Shown: positions 28,742-38,202 of the stretch, one piece after another
Layout of the letters: the number at the start of each line of letters is the position of its first letter
Numbering within the stretch: the stretch's first letter is position 1
From: Minisyncoccota bacterium
Lineage (GTDB): Bacteria; Patescibacteriota; Minisyncoccia; Phycocordibacterales; UBA9973
Length of the DNA stretch: 64,000 nucleotides
Reading direction: 5' to 3'
NCBI GenBank assembly: GCA_041662525.1
Contig: JBAZSF010000002.1
Location: forward strand, 90,196-154,195
The notes under the pieces: model-generated
The model's input: the letters and a program-made list of their open reading frames with translations, nothing else
What the model was told of the DNA's origin: nothing
Database searches by the model: none
Program-made: the position numbers and the translations under genes

Positions 28742-30337
28742 GTGACTCAAAGTGAAGCTTTAAATATTTTAAAAACTGGCGTGAATGTTTTTTTGACGGG
28801 GGAGCCGGGGGCGGGGAAGACGCACACTATAAATAATTTTGTAAATTATTTGCGCACTTGTGATATAGATCCTGCTATTACCGCTTCGACTGGTATCGCT
28901 GCCACGCATATCGGAGGGATGACGATTCATTCTTGGAGCGGTATTGGTATTAGAACTAAATTAGATAAATATGAATTAGATAAAATCGCGAGCAGTGAAT
29001 ATATTTGCAAACGTGTCCGTAAAACACGAGTACTTCTTATTGATGAAATTTCTATGCTCTCTCCTAATATGCTCGATATGGTGGACTTGGTTTGTCGGGA
29101 AATAAAACAAAATGATGAACCATTTGGTGGCATCCAAATTATTTTCGTAGGTGATTTTTTTCAATTACCACCGATTGTGAGAATGGATAATATTAAAAAT
29201 AAACAAAGCTCACTTATCCCACAAGTCGGACATGTGGGAATTTTTGCTTATGATAGCGGATCATGGGATAGAGCAGGATTGGTTGTTTGTTATTTGACTG
29301 AACAGCATCGCCAAGATGATAAAGATTTTCTTTCATTGCTTTCTGGTATCCGCGCGAATAATTTTTCGGAAGTGCATCGAAAATTTATAAATGCTCGGCA
29401 GATTGATCACGATGATATTTCGGAAGAGACTATGAAGATTACCAAACTTTTCTCGCACAATGTGGATGTAGATCGGGTAAATAATATAGAGCTTGCGAAA
29501 TTAGAGGAAGAAGCAAAATTATTTAAAATGTCTGGAAGTGGAAATGATAAAGTGGTGGAAACACTCAAGAAGGGATGTTTGTCACCAGAGAATCTTGAGC
29601 TTAAAATCGGTGCGGTGGTAATGTGTACAAAAAATAATCAAAAGGAAAGATTTGTGAATGGCACTCTCGGGGTGGTGACAGATTTTGAAGAATTTAGCGG
29701 GCATCCTGTTATTAAAACTAAAAATGGAAGAAAGATAACAGTTTCTCCTATGGATTGGATGGTGGAAGAGAATGGAAAAGTCCGCGCGCAAATAACTCAG
29801 ATTCCTCTTCGACTAGCTTGGGCCATTACAGTACACAAAAGTCAGGGGATGAGCATGGACGCCGCAGTGATGGACTTGTCGCAAGTATTTGAATTTGGAC
29901 AAGGTTATGTGGCACTCTCTCGAGTACGCAGACTCTCGGGTCTTTATTTGCTTGGCATTAATGAGCATGCGCTAAAAGTACATCCAGAAGTTTTAGAAAA
30001 AGATATTTCTTTTAAGAAAAAATCAGATGAAGCAGTTAAAGTTTTCGGAGAACTTTCAGAAAACGATCTCAAAAAAATGCATAATGATTTTGTAATTGCT
30101 TGCGGTGGAAAGATAAAAAAAGAGAAAACAAAAGGCGCACCGAGTACGGTGCGCCCAAATACTTTTTCCGAAATCAGAGAAAAACATCCAAATGCATATC
30201 GTCCATGGAATAAAGAGCAAGATGAAGAATTAAAAAAGTTATTTACGTCAGGCGTTAAAGTAGCTGACTTAATGAAAAGTTTTGGCAGAAAAAGAGGCGG
30301 GATTACAGCTAGGCTAGAAAAACTTGGGTTAGGATAG
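28742..30337 (+). CDS. Pif1/RecD-family ATP-dependent DNA helicase with C-terminal HTH
   Basis: Walker A GEPGAGKT, Walker B LLIDEISM and a C-terminal HTH_40-like tail. GTG start. Confidence 0.75.
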   Translation: MTQSEALNILKTGVNVFLTGEPGAGKTHTINNFVNYLRTCDIDPAITASTGIAATHIGGMTIHSWSGIGIRTKLDKYELDKIASSEYICKRVRKTRVLLIDEISMLSPNMLDMVDLVCREIKQNDEPFGGIQIIFVGDFFQLPPIVRMDNIKNKQSSLIPQVGHVGIFAYDSGSWDRAGLVVCYLTEQHRQDDKDFLSLLSGIRANNFSEVHRKFINARQIDHDDISEETMKITKLFSHNVDVDRVNNIELAKLEEEAKLFKMSGSGNDKVVETLKKGCLSPENLELKIGAVVMCTKNNQKERFVNGTLGVVTDFEEFSGHPVIKTKNGRKITVSPMDWMVEENGKVRAQITQIPLRLAWAITVHKSQGMSMDAAVMDLSQVFEFGQGYVALSRVRRLSGLYLLGINEHALKVHPEVLEKDISFKKKSDEAVKVFGELSENDLKKMHNDFVIACGGKIKKEKTKGAPSTVRPNTFSEIREKHPNAYRPWNKEQDEELKKLFTSGVKVADLMKSFGRKRGGITARLEKLGLG

Positions 30338-30358
30338 TATAATTATATAAATAAATTT

Positions 30359-30940
30359 ATGGGAAATAGATGTGAGAGAATTACAACAAAAAAAGATAGT
30401 GGAAAACAGATTCCTTTTTCTGGTCATGATCCAGCAGAAGTTTATGATTTTGCTAGAATGGAATTCATAGATATGCTTAAGAAAATTACTCAGGAAATGA
30501 ATTCCGGTGATAATTTTGATATTATTGATTTTATCGTCGGAAAAGATGGGGCGTCGGTTGAGCTTGCTGATGATATAGAATATTTTATAAAAAAATTAGG
30601 AAATAAAAATATTGTAGTTAATAGCAGTTCTGTGGATTTCATCCGGAATGTTTCTTCCAATATGATGGCTTTGGTTGGTAAAATAATAAGAAAAGCCCAC
30701 GAAGGTGGTCTTCCACATGAAAAATTTGAAGAGTATGCCAAAGATATAAAAGATGATTATGATGCTTTAAAAAAATATTTCAATCTTATGGAAAAAGATA
30801 AAGATTTTCAATCTTTAGAAATAGGGAGTCGCAAAGGTTATATCGCTCATATAAATCCAAAAAATATTGATATAACATCAAAAGATAGAAAGAAGTATGT
30901 GGATTGGCTTGAAAATTATTTATCTAAAAATAAAAATTAA
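30359..30940 (+). CDS. hypothetical protein
   Basis: ORF with good coding potential but no recognisable motifs. Confidence 0.4.
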   Translation: MGNRCERITTKKDSGKQIPFSGHDPAEVYDFARMEFIDMLKKITQEMNSGDNFDIIDFIVGKDGASVELADDIEYFIKKLGNKNIVVNSSSVDFIRNVSSNMMALVGKIIRKAHEGGLPHEKFEEYAKDIKDDYDALKKYFNLMEKDKDFQSLEIGSRKGYIAHINPKNIDITSKDRKKYVDWLENYLSKNKN

Positions 30941-30972
30941 CTTAAATATAAGGGATTTTTATTTGTAAAAAA

Positions 30973-31011
30973 ACGGCTCAATTCGTGGTAATTGAGCCGT
31001 TCAGGTTTTTG
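30973..31011 (+). terminator. rho-independent terminator
   Basis: acggctcaatt-cgtggt-aattgagccgt followed by ttttt. Confidence 0.7.
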
Positions 31012-31029
31012 TGTTAAAATCAGCCAATA

Positions 31030-34000
31030 ATGGCCAAAGAAATTCAGGAAGAAGAAAATAAAAGCGAAGCGGCTTTGCGGGAAGAGCGGATTTTAGAATT
31101 TTGGAAAGAAAATAAAACTTTTGAAAAAACTTTAAAACAAACGGAGGGCAAAAAAGAATTTATTTTTTACGAAGGTCCGCCGACAGCGAATGGCAAGCCA
31201 GGCATTCATCATTTAGAAGCGCGAGCATTCAAAGACGCAATTCCTAGGTATAAAACAATGCAGGGTTTCCATGTTCGTCGAAAGGGTGGATGGGATACAC
31301 ATGGGCTTCCCGTTGAGCTTCAGGTAGAAAAAAAGCTAGGGCTTAATTCTAAAAAAGCTATCGAAGAATATGGTATTGCGAAATTTAATCAAGAATGCAA
31401 AGAAAGCGTCTGGGAGTATTTAGATATTTGGAATAAATTTACTCATCGTATTGGATATTGGGTGGATCAAGAGAACCCGTATGTGACATATCACAACGAT
31501 TATATTGAATCTGTTTGGAATGTTGTTAAAGCAATAAATAAACAAAATTTACTTTATAAAGATTATAAAGTGGTGCCTTGGTGTCCTAGGTGTGGTACAG
31601 CTTTGTCCTCTCATGAACTTGCGCAGGGTTATGAAGATGTGAAAGATTTGTCTGTGTATGTGAAGTTTAAGGTTCGTTCTGTCCCCGAAAGATTTTCTCA
31701 GGTCCTCGGAACTCCCTCTCCCTATCCCGGCCAGACCATTCAAAAACCTTCCGGGGACTTTACTTATATTCTTGCTTGGACGACAACTCCGTGGACACTT
31801 CCTGGGAATGTAGCATTGGCAGTAGGAGAAAATATTATTTATGTAAAAATAGAAAAACCTGCCTCGACGCAAGGCGGGGGAAAAGAATTTTTAATTTTAG
31901 CAAAAGAAAGACTTTCTATTTTAGAAGGGGAATATAAAATAATTGAAGAATTTATAGGCAAAGATTTAATTGGATTGGAATACGAGCCTCTTTATCCATA
32001 TCTTGCTGACACAATTTCTGAAAGTGAAAAACCTAAATTAGAAAAAGCTTTCAAGGTTTATGGAGCGGATTTTGTAACGACAGAAGACGGTACAGGGGTA
32101 GTGCATACGGCAGTGATGTACGGACAGGATGACTTTGAGCTTGGTACAAAGGTTGGTTTGCCAAAGCATCATATTGTCGGTCTAGATGGAAAATTTTTAC
32201 CGGGTACTGGAATATTTGAAGGTAGATTTGTGAGAGATGAAGACGTGGCGGTAGATGTGATAAAAGATTTAGCGCATAGAGGAAATGGAGGGCTTTTATT
32301 TAAAAAAGAAAAATACGAGCATTCCTATCCGCATTGTTGGAGATGCAAAACGGCACTTATTTATTACGCTCGAGATTCTTGGTATATAAAAGTCTCTGAT
32401 CCTAAAATAAAAGAAAGAATGATAGCCGAGAACAAAGAAGTAAATTGGGAACCAGCACATATTCGGGATGGGCGTTTTGGTGAATGGTTAAGGGAGATAA
32501 AAGATTGGGCGATTTCTCGTGAGCGATATTGGGGTACACCTTTGCCTGTTTGGATTTGTGAATCTTGCAAGAAGATTGACGTCATCGGGAGCATTGAAGA
32601 TTTAAAAAATAAAACTAAAAAATTTGGCAATAAATATTTTGTAATGAGACATGGTGAAGCAGAAAATAATGCTCTTTGTATTTATTCTTCCAATCAAAAA
32701 ATAAATCATTTGACAAAGCTCGGACAAACGGAAGTTGAAAAGACATCCCAAGTTCTTTTGAACAAAAAAATTACCAAGATTTATTGCTCGCCCTTTTTAA
32801 GAACACGAGAAACTGCCGAAATCGTTGCAGAGCAGATAAATTTCCCTAAAGATAGAATTATTTACGATGATAGAATTCGAGAATTAGAATTTGGAGATTT
32901 TTCTGATTGTAGAGAGGAGGATTTTTGGGATTTTATAAAAAATAAAGATTGGGGATTTGATACAGTTGTCCCTGGAGGGGAGAGCCACCAAAATGCAAAG
33001 AATCGAATGGGAGATTTTCTTTATGAAATTGATCAAAAAAATAAAGATGAAACGATTTTAATTATTTCGCATGGATTAGCAATAGAAATGATTCCAGCTA
33101 TTATTGAAGGAGCAGATAAAAAGCGTTCACTCGAAATTTTCCATTCACATATATGCGACAAACCAGCTTCATTGCACAAAGAACATGAATTTGTTTTTCT
33201 TCCCCATAACGCAGACTATGAACTTGATTTACATAAACCTTTTATAGATGAAGTTAATCTGATGTGCACCCATTCTACTGGCAGAGGGCAAGTATGTGGG
33301 GGAAAATTAACTCGCACTCGCGAGGTGATGGATGTCTGGTTTGATTCTGGATGTATGCCATTTGCGCAAGATCATTATCCCTTCGATTTCTCTCAGGGCA
33401 AGCCTTTTGAGGAGACCGAAATTTTATACCCTGCAGATTTTATTTCGGAAGCAATAGATCAGACTCGTGGATGGTTTTATACTTTGCATGCTGTTGGAAT
33501 ACTTATGGGGCGAGGGAAAGCATATAAAAATGTAATTTGTCTTGGACATTTACTCGATTCCAAAGGTAAAAAAATGTCTAAATCTCTTGGTAATATTGTC
33601 GACCCTTGGGAGATGATAGAAAAATACGGAGTGGATACATTGAGACTCTGGATGTATTCAGTCAATCAACCTGGAGAATCTAAAAATTTTGATGAAAAAA
33701 CTGTCGCTCTTCTCCACCAACAAGTTTTTGGTTTGCTTTATAATGTGCTCGCTTTCTATGAGCTTTATCGAGATAATTCTATCAATGCCCATTCGACAAG
33801 CTCAGGACAAATATCAAGTACTAACGTTCTTGATATTTGGATTTTAGCACGGCTAGATGAATTGATTAGCGAATCCACAAAAAAAATGGATAATTATAAA
33901 TTGCTTGAACCAGTGCGAGCGATAAAGGATTTTATTGGGGACCTTTCTACTTGGTATTTGCGTCGTTCACGTGAGCGGATAAAGAATGGAGATAGGCAAG

Positions 34001-34629
34001 CGAAAGAAACTCTGTATTATGTATTAAAAACTCTTGTAAAACTTCTAGCACCTTTTGCCCCCTTTACAGCTGAAGATATTTGGATGAAATTAAAAACAGA
34101 AAAAGATGAAGAAAGTGTGCATTTGGCTGAGTGGCCCCTCGCTTCTGCTCGGGGCCTTCAGCCCAAGATTTTAGAGAATATGCAAAAAACAAGAGATATT
34201 GTGACTTTAGGACTTGAAGCTCGTCAAAAGGCTGGAATAAAAATCAGGCAACCTTTGCAATCTTTTTCTTTTGAATCAACAGATTTAGACGAATACAGCA
34301 ATCTTATCAAAGATGAGCTTAATGTAAAAGAGATCATACATGGTGACCTTATGCTTGATACAAATATTACTTCAGAATTAAAACAAGAAGGGGATTGTCG
34401 TGAGCTTATACGTGCCTTACAAGATATGCGTAAAAATCAGGGACTAACACCGAGCGATGCTATTTCAATTGTTTTTGAAACAAATGATAATGGTAAAAAA
34501 TTAATTGAAAAATTTGAAAATGATTTGAAAAAAACTGTGCTAGTTTCTGAAATAAAATATCGTGAAAATGATGGACAGGAAATAAGAATAGACGAATTTG
34601 CTTTTAAAGTGAAAATTAGTAAAATATAA
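31030..34629 (+). CDS. ileS: isoleucine--tRNA ligase carrying two insertions (repeat-encoded loop and a histidine-phosphatase domain)
   Basis: PGIHHLEA (HIGH-like), WTTTPWTLP, WAISRERYWGTPLP, DVWFDSG and KMSKS motifs. At 1199 aa it is ~200 aa longer than typical bacterial IleS. Confidence 0.9.
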   Translation: MAKEIQEEENKSEAALREERILEFWKENKTFEKTLKQTEGKKEFIFYEGPPTANGKPGIHHLEARAFKDAIPRYKTMQGFHVRRKGGWDTHGLPVELQVEKKLGLNSKKAIEEYGIAKFNQECKESVWEYLDIWNKFTHRIGYWVDQENPYVTYHNDYIESVWNVVKAINKQNLLYKDYKVVPWCPRCGTALSSHELAQGYEDVKDLSVYVKFKVRSVPERFSQVLGTPSPYPGQTIQKPSGDFTYILAWTTTPWTLPGNVALAVGENIIYVKIEKPASTQGGGKEFLILAKERLSILEGEYKIIEEFIGKDLIGLEYEPLYPYLADTISESEKPKLEKAFKVYGADFVTTEDGTGVVHTAVMYGQDDFELGTKVGLPKHHIVGLDGKFLPGTGIFEGRFVRDEDVAVDVIKDLAHRGNGGLLFKKEKYEHSYPHCWRCKTALIYYARDSWYIKVSDPKIKERMIAENKEVNWEPAHIRDGRFGEWLREIKDWAISRERYWGTPLPVWICESCKKIDVIGSIEDLKNKTKKFGNKYFVMRHGEAENNALCIYSSNQKINHLTKLGQTEVEKTSQVLLNKKITKIYCSPFLRTRETAEIVAEQINFPKDRIIYDDRIRELEFGDFSDCREEDFWDFIKNKDWGFDTVVPGGESHQNAKNRMGDFLYEIDQKNKDETILIISHGLAIEMIPAIIEGADKKRSLEIFHSHICDKPASLHKEHEFVFLPHNADYELDLHKPFIDEVNLMCTHSTGRGQVCGGKLTRTREVMDVWFDSGCMPFAQDHYPFDFSQGKPFEETEILYPADFISEAIDQTRGWFYTLHAVGILMGRGKAYKNVICLGHLLDSKGKKMSKSLGNIVDPWEMIEKYGVDTLRLWMYSVNQPGESKNFDEKTVALLHQQVFGLLYNVLAFYELYRDNSINAHSTSSGQISSTNVLDIWILARLDELISESTKKMDNYKLLEPVRAIKDFIGDLSTWYLRRSRERIKNGDRQAKETLYYVLKTLVKLLAPFAPFTAEDIWMKLKTEKDEESVHLAEWPLASARGLQPKILENMQKTRDIVTLGLEARQKAGIKIRQPLQSFSFESTDLDEYSNLIKDELNVKEIIHGDLMLDTNITSELKQEGDCRELIRALQDMRKNQGLTPSDAISIVFETNDNGKKLIEKFENDLKKTVLVSEIKYRENDGQEIRIDEFAFKVKISKI
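31681..31758 (+). repeat. repeat family 1, copy B (core 31701-31740), inserted in-frame in ileS
   Basis: Core GGTCCTCGGAACTCCCTCTCCCTATCCCGGCCAGACCATT flanked by gtccccgaaag / cttccggggac inverted arms. It encodes PERFSQVLGTPSPYPGQTIQKPSGD in a variable loop before the editing domain. Confidence 0.65.
32600..33230 (+). other. histidine-phosphatase (PGM/SixA/PhoE-like) domain inserted within ileS
   Basis: FVMRHGEAENN (RHG motif), SPFLRTRETAEIV and LIISHGLAI (second catalytic His). It lies between the WG(T/V)PLP and DVWFDSG blocks, where normal IleS has only ~60 aa. Confidence 0.55.
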
Positions 34630-34631
34630 AC

Positions 34632-35273
34632 ATGAAAATAAAAAAATTTGGGCATTGTTGTTTATTAATAGAGACAAACGGTAAAAAAATAATGGTTGAT
34701 CCTGGTTACCATACTGCGGAGGAACAAGAAAAAGAACTTAATCTAGATTTAATTTTAATAACGCACGAGCATTCAGATCATTTTAGTATTGAATCTTTAA
34801 AAGAAATTATAAAAAATAATCCGAATGCTCTTATTATTACAAATGATGGAGTAGGAAAAATACTAACCAAGGAGGGTATAAAATATGAGGTTTTGAAAGA
34901 CAAGAGCCCTAAAGATTTTTCTGGGGTAGAGATAGAGTCTCATGACTGTAGGCATGAAGAAATTTTTCAAGATTTTGGACAAGTTTTAAATACAGCTTTT
35001 TTTATAGATAAAAGATTATTTATTGGAGGAGATTCTTTTTATAACCCCGGTAAACCTGTTGAAATTTTAGCATTACCTGTTGCTGGTTCGTGGGCTACGA
35101 TAAAAGATTCAATAAAATATGCTTTAGAAATGAGGCCCAATACTTGTTTTCCTGTGCATGATGCAGATTTAAAATCTTTTGGTAGTTCACACAAACTTCC
35201 TGAAATATACTTAACAAGCATAGCAAACATAGCGTTTAAAAATTTCGAAGAAAAGGAAGAAGAGGAATTTTAA
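34632..35273 (+). CDS. MBL-fold metallo-hydrolase
   Basis: HEHSDH metal-binding motif. Confidence 0.7.
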   Translation: MKIKKFGHCCLLIETNGKKIMVDPGYHTAEEQEKELNLDLILITHEHSDHFSIESLKEIIKNNPNALIITNDGVGKILTKEGIKYEVLKDKSPKDFSGVEIESHDCRHEEIFQDFGQVLNTAFFIDKRLFIGGDSFYNPGKPVEILALPVAGSWATIKDSIKYALEMRPNTCFPVHDADLKSFGSSHKLPEIYLTSIANIAFKNFEEKEEEEF

Positions 35274-35851
35274 TGCATCACATTTATCATACTGAGGGTT
35301 TAATATTAGGAAGTAAGAATTCTGGTGAAGCAGGAAAGTATTATTATATCTTTACTCGTGACCTAGGCATGGTTTACGCTACAGCTCAAGGAGTACGCAA
35401 GATGTCCTCTAAATTACGTTTTGTTTTGCAGGATTTTGCTTATATAAAAATCGATCTAGTGCAGGGGGTAAATTTATGGAGAATCACTAGTGCTTCAAAA
35501 ACAAATATGCTGGGACAGCTCACAAAAAATTCTGGAACTTTTGAAGTTTTTTCTAATATCACTAAATTATTAAAACGGTTACTTGCCGGCATTGAACCAA
35601 ATGAAGCTTTGTTTGTTGATTTGATAAATGGTCTAACTATTTTAGAAAAAGCGAAAAAGGAAGACCTACGAAACATTGAAGCCATTATTGTTTTGCGTAT
35701 ACTAAATAATCTAGGATATGTTGGAGAAAGTGAAACATTACAAAATCTTACCAAATCTCCATTTGAAGAAAATTTAGTATTTGAAATATCTAAATCAAGA
35801 CCTGAGGTACTGCATCAAATAAACAAAGCCCTGAAAGAGACGCATTTATAG
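35273..35851 (+). CDS. recO: DNA repair protein RecO (short, no zinc finger)
   Basis: The N-terminal OB-fold aligns with RecO (GLILGS...E...G.V.A.G.RK.SS.L...LQDF). Confidence 0.65.
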   Translation: MHHIYHTEGLILGSKNSGEAGKYYYIFTRDLGMVYATAQGVRKMSSKLRFVLQDFAYIKIDLVQGVNLWRITSASKTNMLGQLTKNSGTFEVFSNITKLLKRLLAGIEPNEALFVDLINGLTILEKAKKEDLRNIEAIIVLRILNNLGYVGESETLQNLTKSPFEENLVFEISKSRPEVLHQINKALKETHL

Positions 35852-35858
35852 AAAATTT

Positions 35859-36134
35859 TTACAATTTATTCTTTTTCTCTATTATTCGTATTTCTTTTAT
35901 AAGTTTTTCAATTTTTTCAGCTATTATCTTCACATCTTGCACTCTCTTTTCTAAGTGTTCGTTTTTTTCTATTTTAGTATTTATTTTCCCAGCTTCAATA
36001 ACCCAAGATTCTAAATCTGCAACATTTTTATCATATTCTTTTATAAGTTTAGCGTGCTCTTCTCCATAATCTTTACTTTTGTCTATTGAGTAATGTACCC
36101 CATCTTTTCTGTATACAAAATCTTTTTTTTCCAT
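35859..36134 (-). CDS. hypothetical coiled-coil protein
   Basis: K/E-rich 91-aa ORF. Confidence 0.35.
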   Translation of the reverse strand: MEKKDFVYRKDGVHYSIDKSKDYGEEHAKLIKEYDKNVADLESWVIEAGKINTKIEKNEHLEKRVQDVKIIAEKIEKLIKEIRIIEKKNKL

Positions 36135-36251
36135 AATTGTATTTTTACGACTTAGTATTTTTGTTTCTGATAATAATCAAATTATACCTAATTCAAATTT
36201 ATTGTAAATGTTTCCCCCTCCTTCTAATTTTTATCCTTAGATGTTACAATT

Positions 36252-38189
36252 ATGTGTATGTCATCAGATGATATGAATAAGCTTAATAGACTTGAAGATT
36301 TAAAAAGTAAGCTTTTTAGTAAGAATTATCAGACTAAAATAGAGCATCGAGATGTATTTTCTAATTTGTATAAAAATGAAGCATCAGATTCCTGGAAGAC
36401 AAAAGAAGAATTTGAATCTAAGGATGAAGATGATTTTTTTATGAAAACATCTAGATTTAAGAAATTTTTTATTTTTTCAATAATTTTTTTTGTTTTAACT
36501 TTAGGTTATGCCGCCTATATTTTTTTTGTTGGAGGAAATACTGTTTCTAATGATAATATTGATATTTCTATACTTGGAAACAATTTTACAGCTGGAGGGG
36601 AGGAGCTTTCTCTTGTTGTTGGGATTATCAACAAAAATAATTCTGCCTTAGATTTAGTAGATCTTGTTGTAGAATATCCGAAAGGGGGAGGAGTGGATCT
36701 TTCTTTTGATACCGAACATTTTCGTACTTCCTTGGGAACAATTCCAGCTGGAGCAACTCGTAATGAGAATTTAAAATTAATACTCTTTGGAGAACAGGGT
36801 AGTGTTCGTCCGATAAAAATAACTCTTGAATATCGAGTAGCAGGGTCTAATGCTATTTTTTTGAAAGAAAAACTTTTTCAAGTGAATATAACTTCCACGC
36901 CGATAAATCTTTTAGTAGATGCCCCTCCTTCTATAAGTCCAAATCAAGACATTACTTTAAACGTAAAAGCTACCTTAAATGCTACAAAAGTAATTCCTAA
37001 AATCCTCGTCAAAGCTGATTATCCTTTTGGGTTTATTTTTAAAAATTCTATACCGGCGCCTTCTTTTGGTAATAATGTTTGGGACTTGGGGGATATAGCT
37101 CCTGGGGCAGAACACAATATTGTGATAACTGGTAAGATGGTTGGTGTTTTTGATGGGGAAGAAAAAACTTTTAATATTTCAAGCGGTTCGCAGTCTGATG
37201 CAGACAAGTCCATCATTAATGTTATTTTCAATTCTATAAAGAATGTTGTGTTGATTAAAAAACCTTTTATTGAGGCGAATCTTTTTATCAATGGCGTATC
37301 TCAAATAGAATATGCCGTAGATGCCAAGACACCAATAAGAGCAGAAATTCGTTATTTAAATAATTTAGAGACGAGGGTGGATGATTTGCAGATAAAAGCA
37401 AAGATTTCTGGAAATGCCTTTAACCGCAGTTCAATAATAGCGCAACAAGGTTTTTATGATTCATCCAAGGATACAATTACTTGGGATAAAAATTCTAAAA
37501 ATCAGTTAAAAGAATTAAACCCAGGGGACTCCGGTTCTGTTTCTTTTTCTGTTTCTCCTCTTTCTTTGTTTTCTGCTTCTGGTGGAATATTAACTAACCC
37601 AAAGATCAACATAGAATTAAGTATCTCTGGTAACCAGGCGATTGAAGGATCCGATCTAAATGAACTTAATAATTCAAATGGAGCAATTATTCATATCATC
37701 TCAGATGTTGGTTTTTCTGGAAAGGCACTTTATTATTCTGGACCTTTTACCAATACTGGTCCAATACCTCCAAAAGCTGAACAGTCGACGACTTATACCA
37801 TCATGTGGACTCTTTCTAACACCGCTAATAGTATTTCAAAAGCGCAAATAAAAGCCACCATTCCTTCATGGATAAATTTTGTTGGACCAATTTCTCCTGT
37901 TGGTGAGGGTTTGACGTACAATGATTCTACAAGGGAAATTATTTGGAATGCAGATAGAATACCGAAAGGTTCTGGGATTACCGGTCCCGCGCGAAGTGCT
38001 TCTTTTCAAGTTTCTTTTAAGCCTTCACTTTCTCAAGTTAATACAAATCCATTAATCATAAATGAGGCAGTTTTGACTGGGCATGATGATTTTGCTAATG
38101 TAGATATTGTAGTAAAAAAAGCAAGTCTCAATACTAGACTCGACAGTGATGTGGCATTTCCTTCTGGTGGAGGGACAGTCGTAAAGTAG
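36252..38189 (+). CDS. large membrane-anchored extracytoplasmic protein (Ig/CARDB-like beta-rich)
   Basis: Single N-terminal TM helix, then ~570 aa of beta-rich sequence. Confidence 0.5.
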   Translation: MCMSSDDMNKLNRLEDLKSKLFSKNYQTKIEHRDVFSNLYKNEASDSWKTKEEFESKDEDDFFMKTSRFKKFFIFSIIFFVLTLGYAAYIFFVGGNTVSNDNIDISILGNNFTAGGEELSLVVGIINKNNSALDLVDLVVEYPKGGGVDLSFDTEHFRTSLGTIPAGATRNENLKLILFGEQGSVRPIKITLEYRVAGSNAIFLKEKLFQVNITSTPINLLVDAPPSISPNQDITLNVKATLNATKVIPKILVKADYPFGFIFKNSIPAPSFGNNVWDLGDIAPGAEHNIVITGKMVGVFDGEEKTFNISSGSQSDADKSIINVIFNSIKNVVLIKKPFIEANLFINGVSQIEYAVDAKTPIRAEIRYLNNLETRVDDLQIKAKISGNAFNRSSIIAQQGFYDSSKDTITWDKNSKNQLKELNPGDSGSVSFSVSPLSLFSASGGILTNPKINIELSISGNQAIEGSDLNELNNSNGAIIHIISDVGFSGKALYYSGPFTNTGPIPPKAEQSTTYTIMWTLSNTANSISKAQIKATIPSWINFVGPISPVGEGLTYNDSTREIIWNADRIPKGSGITGPARSASFQVSFKPSLSQVNTNPLIINEAVLTGHDDFANVDIVVKKASLNTRLDSDVAFPSGGGTVVK

Positions 38190-38202
38190 ATGAATTAATT
38201 AA

